Shown piece after piece: positions 52,901-61,900 of a DNA stretch of 64,000 nucleotides. This stretch comes from an uncultured Lachnospiraceae bacterium (GTDB taxonomy: Bacteria; Bacillota; Clostridia; Christensenellales; UBA1242). Made by a program: the position numbers and the translations under genes. The notes beneath the pieces were generated by a model. That model saw nothing but the letters and a program-made list of their open reading frames with translations. It was not told the origin of the DNA and made no database searches. The stretch's first letter is position 1, and each line of letters starts with the position of its first letter. The stretch lies in contig CAZFRA010000002.1 of assembly GCA_964521165.1 (NCBI GenBank), positions 2,320 to 66,319 of the forward strand, read 5' to 3'.

Positions 52901-55900
52901 ATATTATTATGACGCAGGCGACCAAAATGCCGCAATTTTGAGTATTCAAACAGAATCGATAAGTCAATCTTTCTTCTTAACAATCGGCAACGCAAATGTT
53001 GGCGGTTATGGTTATTTATACATCTTGCCTGCTGATATGGTAAAAAGTTACGGCGGACAAGAGTGTTTTATTGTCTATTCCTATGATTCGAGTGGCGATA
53101 TAAGCACAAGTGCAAGTTACTTTCCTTTGAGTTCAATTGGAACATATTACCAACAACTCATCGATGGCACGGGCAGTTTTGCCAACTATTTCTTGAACAA
53201 CAATGGTGAAAAGGTATACTATAGTGACATAATTCTAAGAATAAGGGTGACTGTTGCTGATGGTTTAAGTGAAGAAACTGCTATAAGAATTTATTCTCAG
53301 TCAGAATTGGCAAATGTTGAAAGTAATTTGTATTATCGCATAATGAATGACATTGAACTTGAAGGCTGGGAATCAATTGAAAGCTTCTCTGGAATGATTT
53401 TCGGCGATAATGAAGATATTACTTTGACTTTCTCATCCGGTTCAGAAACTTTGATAAACAATCTTTCCGGCACAATCAAAAATTTGACAATGGTTGGAAG
53501 TGTAACCGGTGGCGGTTTTGTGGCAAATTATATCACTGAAACTGGAGAAGTGGATAATGTTGTGGTGGATGTAAACTATGTGGACGGCGCATATGCACCG
53601 AGTGAAGTTTCGGGCGGATATACAGTTAGTGGTTCCGTTTATGCGGGCGGAATTGCCGGTGTAAATAACGGAACAATCTCTAATGTTAAAATCTATGGTA
53701 TAAACATCACTTTGTCGGGAAGTAACACATACGCAGGAGGCGTTGTTGGTGCGAACTATAATATAATTTCTGATGCGGGTGTGGAATTCTATAAGTTCTT
53801 AGATAGCACAAACAGCGTAACAAATAACAAAATTTCGGCACAATATGTTGGCGGACTTGTTGGTTATGCGGGTTATGTTGCTTCGGGTAGCACGATGTTA
53901 AGATATTCAAAAATATCCAATTCTTATGCTTATGCCTTTAATTTGGAAAATAGTTCTTCCGTAAATTATACAGATGTTCTTGAAGGAACATATGTTGGTG
54001 CGTTCGCAGGCTTGTTGAATATCGGCAGCACCAGCAATATACTTTACTTTTCATTATCAAATTCTTTTGCTTATTTGGGCAATCTTGGCAATAATAATAA
54101 CTTTGGATTTGGTTCTGTCAATGGAAGTGGAAGAGTGGAGATATCAAATTCATATATCACATACTATTCTTCGGATGATACTGAATTTTTAATGTCTTAT
54201 ATTTTGTCATATGATGCAGAAGTTAATGGCATCAACAGTGGAGTGACAACCACCGACCTTGAAAATGCTGATTATACTAACTTTGATTCATCTTGGGTGA
54301 CAACCAGCATTGATACCAAAATCAATTTTGGTTTTGCATATCTTAAAGATGTTCAACAAACAAGTAGTGTTTCACTTTCTGATAAAAAAATCCAAACAGT
54401 TTCTGGCAAATCAATAGGCTCCGATTCGGGCGATACAGGAATCATATTCTTATATAGCGTCAGCGGTACAATTTCCAGCAATGCAGCTCAAAGTGAATTA
54501 ACAAGACGCAACACCATATCTTTAGCAGAACTTTTTGGAATTGAAGAAGATGAAGCGGAAAGTTTGTTGGTTAGTGTGGATAAAAGTTCTTATTTAAACT
54601 TCACAACAAACAGCCTAGTTGCGAAAAACTCCAATATTAATTTAACACTTAATGGTGAAGGTGTACCTTTAATTTTAACCCTATATAGCAGAGTCGATTT
54701 CAGTCAAACAAAAACATTTCAAATCGTTGTGGTGAATTATGTTCCAGAAATTATCGTAACAGCCGGCACAAACGAGTTAACGGATGGACAAATTTTGAAT
54801 ATCCAAACAGGTTCGAAAAATGGACAACAAGTTCAAGTGACTTTGGATAACACAATTTATCTCAACGGCGTGGCATATACACTTGTTCAAAATTCTGACT
54901 ACACATATGAAGTGATCGTATCGGATACAGAAGGATATCTTTCCTATTCTGCAAATAACAACATTATAACTTTTGTTGGAAATAAAGCATCAAATAGCGA
55001 TAATGTTGAAGTATCAATCAGTTTAGGAATTTCTCAACTTGAAGAAAACTTCCAATCTTTCAATGAAATTCTCAAAGAAAATCGTCAAAGAAATTTCTCT
55101 ATCGCAACATACGACGGCGCCACAAATTTGAAACTTGATGCTACCAGTTTCTCAATCACACCTTCCGAAACGGTAAGTTTCACGGCAGAACTTGAAACAA
55201 CGCGTCCAGACGATGAAATTTTACTCACTTTCGTATATAACAATGTTGAATATTCAATCGACGAAAACAATCAAGTTGTCATCAGCAGCAATGTTGCTTT
55301 GGATGTTTCCATAACAGAAAACAACAAAGTCTATAATATCGCAATCAGTGTGGCAAGAGAATATCGCCACAAAGTTGACAGTACTTATGAAATTGAAATA
55401 ATTGTCAATGCTTTAAGTCAAATCAACTCAACAACTTTTGCTAAGTCTATAAGTTTAACTTTGCAAAAACAAGGAATAAACAAAGTGGATGTGACGGCAT
55501 ACACAATTAGCACACGAACAGTCAATAATTCAAGGTGGTATTACACGCCGTCTTCCACAATAACTTCCACTCTCACACCTGGCTCGGATAGCATTTTTGT
55601 TGTGGATATCACACCAATGTATTCTCACTTCACTCACTTTGATGTGACTTACACTGCCGTATCTTCTGGCAGTGTTGGAACAGTCAGCATCAATCGTCTT
55701 TCATACAACTCGACCTTTGGATATTACGCTGATTCTTCCACAACTTCCAGTATGATTTCCGGCATCAGCGTCACACCAACCGATGACGACCTTCAAAATG
55801 GGCTTTACTATTTCAGAATCTATGTTTCTTCTGCTTTCACATCAAACAGCAATGTGACTTTAACCTTCACATTCTATGATGGCAACGAAACTGTGGCAAC

Positions 55901-58900
55901 TTTCACGACAAATTTTGTCATCGACTATCTCGTATCCGCTGAGGTGCTTGTCAATGGTGAATATACCACAATTGTGGCAAAAGGCGACTCTGTTCAAGTA
56001 AGCGTGGCTTTGGAACTCGACCAAACCTTAGTCAACAATACAATCAGAATTGAAACTTCTGACTCAACAATCACAATTTCAAATGTTACCGAAGAAGAAA
56101 CTGACTCGGCTCGAATTTACACGGCAACAGTTAACACAAGCGTGCGTTCCAGCACCGGCACTTTTTATGTTTACGCATCAGTTTCGAGATATGTCAACGG
56201 AATTTTGGACTATGTCGACAGTTACGCCACCGTCTATATCGTTGATTTCACGATAAATCCAGACGAAACCACGGTTGTCGGCACAACGCAAACGGCAGAC
56301 TATAACGGCAACACATACGATTCTTTCATTTCTTACATCAACGCAGAACAAGTTTTGGCGTTTAACTATTCGATTGAACCGGAAACATATAACTACGATT
56401 CTAACAACACCGAAGACTATTTGGCAGTGCAAGAACTTTTGCAAAAGAGAACGGCATTTGTTCGTGAAGGTAGTTACAGTGACAGAGATTCCGGTTATTA
56501 CATCAACTATTCTTACAATGCAACTGGAAATCAAAAATTACCTATCGAACAAAGACTTTACTATGTCAACGACGACGGCTCGGCATCGGCGATTTACAAC
56601 TCTCAAACTGGCGAATTCTTGCCAAACTCGGTGGTAAGTTTTGCGAAAGGCAGTAACGACACTTTGACAGTCACAGGTCTTCGCACCGGTTCCATTTTGC
56701 TTCGAATGATAACAACTGTGATTATCGGTAACACCACTTTTGAATATTCATATGACTTTGTCATCACGATAAGTGTTTGGACGGACGAAGAAGTGCCAAT
56801 TCCAATCTACACAGCCGAAGAATTTTTGACATACCTTCAAGGAAATCCAGACTCAAATGGCAATACATCAGCGGGTGACTACATTTTGATGAACGACATT
56901 AAACTCACAAACTACACACCTGTCGACACCACTTATTTCAACAGTTTTGACGGAAATGGCTATCAAATTTATATCGACAGTTTTGACACTTCCGCAACCA
57001 ATTTGGAAGTGGCATTGTTTAGCGAAGTAACCGAAAACTCCACAATCAAAAATGTTCGTGTGAACATATATAACGGTGGGCAATTAACGCTCAACTTAAA
57101 TCAAAACTATTCCAGCATAAATATTGCCGGATTTGCGATAACAAACAGCGGAATTATTTATAACTGCGAAGTTGTGGCATATTATGACAGTTCACTCTCC
57201 TCTTCGCAATTCTCAACCGACGCGGGACTTGTTGTTAACTTCACAAGAGGTTCGGGGATGGATTCTGTTATTTTAACGTCGCAAGATATCGATGTTAGCA
57301 ACGTGATAATTTCCGGTTTTGTTATCACCAACAACAATATTATCACTAACAGCCGTGTCGGCGGTGAAAGCATCGGCACAATTGTTTCTACCGATTCCAC
57401 AAATTATTACAGCGAAATTACGCTTTCAACCTTCACAATTTCAGGTCAAGGCACTGTTGTTGGCTTTGTAAGCAGCAACCTTGGAACAATCTCAGCATCT
57501 TTTGTCAATAATGTTCAAATCGACAATATGATGAATTCAACTTCGTCAATAACCGCTGGCTTTGTGGTTTACAACAACGGCGAAGTTCACACATCCTATG
57601 TCCAAGGCGTGTATGATTCCAGCAGTAACGATGACGGCGACGAATTCTACTTCACTGGCTCAACCATTTCCACGACCGGCGTGGTTGCAGGTTTTGTATA
57701 TTCCAACTCTGGACTTGTAAAAAATTCCTATGTCAACATTGCGTTTGAAGTCGATATCACAAAGAGTTATCTCTCTGCTGGCTTTGTGTACACCAACCAA
57801 TCCAGCGGTGAAATAACCTTGTGTTACGCGGCGGCAAAAATGGCGCAAACCGACATCAACGAAATGAGTTTTGTCGGCACAACCGAAAGTGGTGATGATG
57901 ACCTTAACTATAATGAAGACGGCATCACCTATTCGTATTATTACTCTCCAGACAGAATTGACACTTCGCCGCAGTCTAACTACGACACCGGCGCATACGC
58001 AGTCACAGATGTTGGACAAGAAGATACCTTCTATCGCTTTACATTCTCTTCAATTGAAGGAGCTCTTGACGGCATTTGGACGATGACGGACAGAGGAATA
58101 ACTTTGGTGAGCGCAAACCACATCGCGTTCTCAAACAGATACCTTGTTTATAACTCGGTTGATGAAGATGACTATTATTATCTATATAGTATACTAACGG
58201 ATATGACGACATATCGCCAAATTGACTTGTCATATGGTTCAATCAACAACCCAATCATCATCAGAACGGCGACAGAATTTGCTAAGGCAACAGGCAAGGC
58301 GCAAGATGTGGAAATTTCGTCATATAAGCAATATTACACCGACACCGAAGTGTTTGGATATTATCGACTTGTCAACGATTTGGATTTCTCGGAAATCGAC
58401 CAAAACACCTCTGGCGAAAATGATATCGTTTTAACAACAACGACCAAAACTTTCTCGGGTAATTTGGACGCAAACTCTTTCACAATTTCGAACATAAGTT
58501 TGGGTTCGTCCGAAACTTTGGAAAATTATGGCTTATTTGCCAAACTTGACGGCGCAGTGATAATGAACTTAGGTTTGGAAGTTGACTCTGTGCACGATTC
58601 AAATGCACGAATTGTCGGCACTCTGGCTGGAACAGTTATCGATACTCAACTTATCGGAATTGCACTTTCTCCAATCAGTTCTAGAAGTGAAGAAGAAGCG
58701 ATTGAAGTCGTTTCCATTGCTGGTGCAAACATTGTTGGTGGACTTGTCGGAATTGTCCTTGGCGATTCCAGACTTGCTGATATCACCGTGACAGATATTG
58801 ATGTTGATTCATCATATTATTATGGCACAGGCAAAACAATTGAAATAAATTCAACCTACACCGGTGAATACCTTCGTCGACTTGCTTATAACAATTCAAC

Positions 58901-61900
58901 CTTAATGGATGCTGTGAGCAGATTGTCATATGCAGGCAGTGTGGCAGGTTATGTGGACACATACCAAAATCTCGGCGACGGATATGTGGAATATTCTTCC
59001 AGCGTTTCCGTGTCGAGTTACAGCGTTGCTTCCATAAGAGCGCTTGACTCTGTGGATATCTATGCAGAAGTTGCCGGCGGCTTATTCGGATATTTAGGCA
59101 GAAGTGTTTTGGCGTATGATTTGAGTCTGGAACTCGACGCTGATTCAAACTTAACCACACCTTCTTATATCACATCCAAAAACCTATATGCTGGCGGAAT
59201 TGTCGGTGAGAGTTATGCCGGACTTTTCGCGGTTTATGCAGAATATGAAGAAACTTTGCAAAGCACGATTGAAACAGGAATGTTAAACGGCGGAAGCACA
59301 GAAAGGGGACAAGTGAGCATATTCTCATATACGGATAGCGACACGAGTCATCCGGGTAGATACAACAATCCACTTTATATCGGCGGACTTGTTGGCTATG
59401 CCGGTGCGGGCTACATTTCAGTGGCATACAACAAATTAAATGTCGTTTCCAACAACCGTTCCAGTGAATCGCGATATTACACTTTGGCAGTTGGCGGAAT
59501 TGTGGGTTACATCAATTCTGAATATAGTTATGACTCCGACTTTGTGGAAAACAATGTGACAATTTCATATTATTTAAATGAAGTATATTTCAGCGGCGTG
59601 ATTTACTCTCAAACAAGTGCGAATGCAGGCGGAATTATCGGTGAAATTGATGTCGACAGCGATGTTGCACTTTCCAAAGTTAACAGCATACCATATTACG
59701 ATGAATCACAAGATTCGTCCAATCTATACTCCTTGATTGGTGGCTTCTCGGGCGGAGTGGAAGGCGAAATGTCGCGCAATCTCTATCTTCTCAGTTTGAG
59801 AAACAGTTATTATAACGCCACAAGCACGATAAATTCAGCTTCAACAGGCAACACGCTTTCTGGAATTGCAGTTGTTAACTCTTTCTTGCAATCCAATTCA
59901 GAAAGAACACAAACATACATCAATGGTGTTAACGATTCACAATTGTCATCAACGGCAAATTATGTGCCAATCCGCGAGATATCTTCACCAAGTAGTATGA
60001 CTTCAATCGCAGAAGCACATTCTTCTATGGCGACCTTTTTCTTGCAAAACGAATGGGATGAAACTCATTGGGTTCATAACGACAGCGATTTGTATCCAGA
60101 AATTGTTCTTGTTCCAAAAATGGAAGCATATTATCTTGATGCAGATTATGACTTAACGGAATTAAATAAATATATCGAAGACTATTCAACAGGCACCATT
60201 ATTGTGCGTGGACGCGTGGATTCAAACGTAAGCGGAGAATATTCCGACATCGACCTTAGGGGAGTTACTTTAAGCGGTTTCTCGGGCACAATCATCTCTT
60301 ATTCAAACTATATGAATTCCAATTTGGAAGGAATTATCACAGTTATTCCAAGTGATTATACAGCCAATGGCTACTATATTGGCGGACAAGTTGGTGATGA
60401 AGTTGGACTTATAATCAACGAAAGTCAAAGTCTTTTTGCAAACACTTCAGATGGCTTCACAATGGATGGTATAAAAATTTACCTTGCAGACTCTAGTAGC
60501 GAAAATTCTGATGGTGCTGATAAACTTGAATATAGCAGTAGCAACAGTGGCTCAAGCATTATTAGTGGTGAACTCTCAAATGCTGATATAATTGATGTGG
60601 ATATTTATATCAACAATAGCATCACCTTCAACCTTAACCAATCGGGCACGGATACATATGGGCTTTTTGTTAGCACAGCAAATTCCACAAACTTTGAAAA
60701 TATCACTTTCCATTTCCGTTATGCGTATGACGTTGATGGGGCGGTAATAAACCCACAAATCAACCTAAATCTCTCTACAGGCGATAGTGATACGGATATT
60801 TCGCAATATAAGCGTTTTGGACTTCTTGCCGGCTCGGTAACGCAAAACTCAGTATACCGTTCGTCAACCATATCCAATATTGTGCTGACGGTGGAAAAAA
60901 GAGTGTTGGTAGGTGGTTCCGTAAGCAGAACAACCGACAGTGTGACGCTTGAAGTAAATATCGTCAATGAAAACCAAAGCGCTGATAATAAAAACTCTCT
61001 CTACTTTGGTTTAATTGCCGGCGATGTCATAATTTCGGCTAGCACAATCAACAATATGCCACTCACTTTTGGAATCACAAACTTAACAGACTCCACCTTT
61101 GATGGTATTAATTTGGTTTTGACAGGAAGTGAAGATGGCGGACAAGAAGGTGATTCGCTTGACAACATATATCTCGGCGGATACTTTGGAAGCGCAAACT
61201 TCACATCCATCAACGGTGTTGGCGGGGCACAACCGTCTTCACTCATCAAGAATTTTATTATCTTGCAAGAAATTTCAATCACTGGCAATGTCAATATTGG
61301 TCTCGGTTTTGGACAACTCACTGGCTCAGGCACTTTCGACTTTACGATTGACACATCGCTTGCAAGCGGTGGTAGAATTGAAATGTCAGGTGCACTTTAT
61401 CAAAAATACACTATCGATACCGACACCGGCAAAAGAGAGTCTTCACTAACAACCGGCGGAACGGGGGAAACAGTCAATATTGGCGGATTTATCGGCTTGG
61501 CACAATATAATCTTCAAATGGTAAGCGGTTTGGCTGTCGATTTCAGCGTGAAGAGCGTAACTGCTATTGACGCTGAGTCAATGAGCGATGATTTGTATTC
61601 GTTAGTTAATTTTGATTATGACAGCGATGGTGATTATTTCAAATCATCAAACGGATCTGTTACATCAGAAACATATATGGTGGAAGGTGAAGTAAATATC
61701 GGCGCGTTTGTTGGTCAAATGACAGGCGGACACATCAATTTTAGCAGTCTCTCAGTTTCTGGCGACATACAAATTAAAAATACAACTTCATCTTCTTCAT
61801 CTTCTTCATCTTCCACAAATCTTGGCGTGGTTGGAAAAGTTGATAACGCTTCGATAAGTGTTACCGGAACGGCATCAAAACTCAGCACCATAAACTTCTT

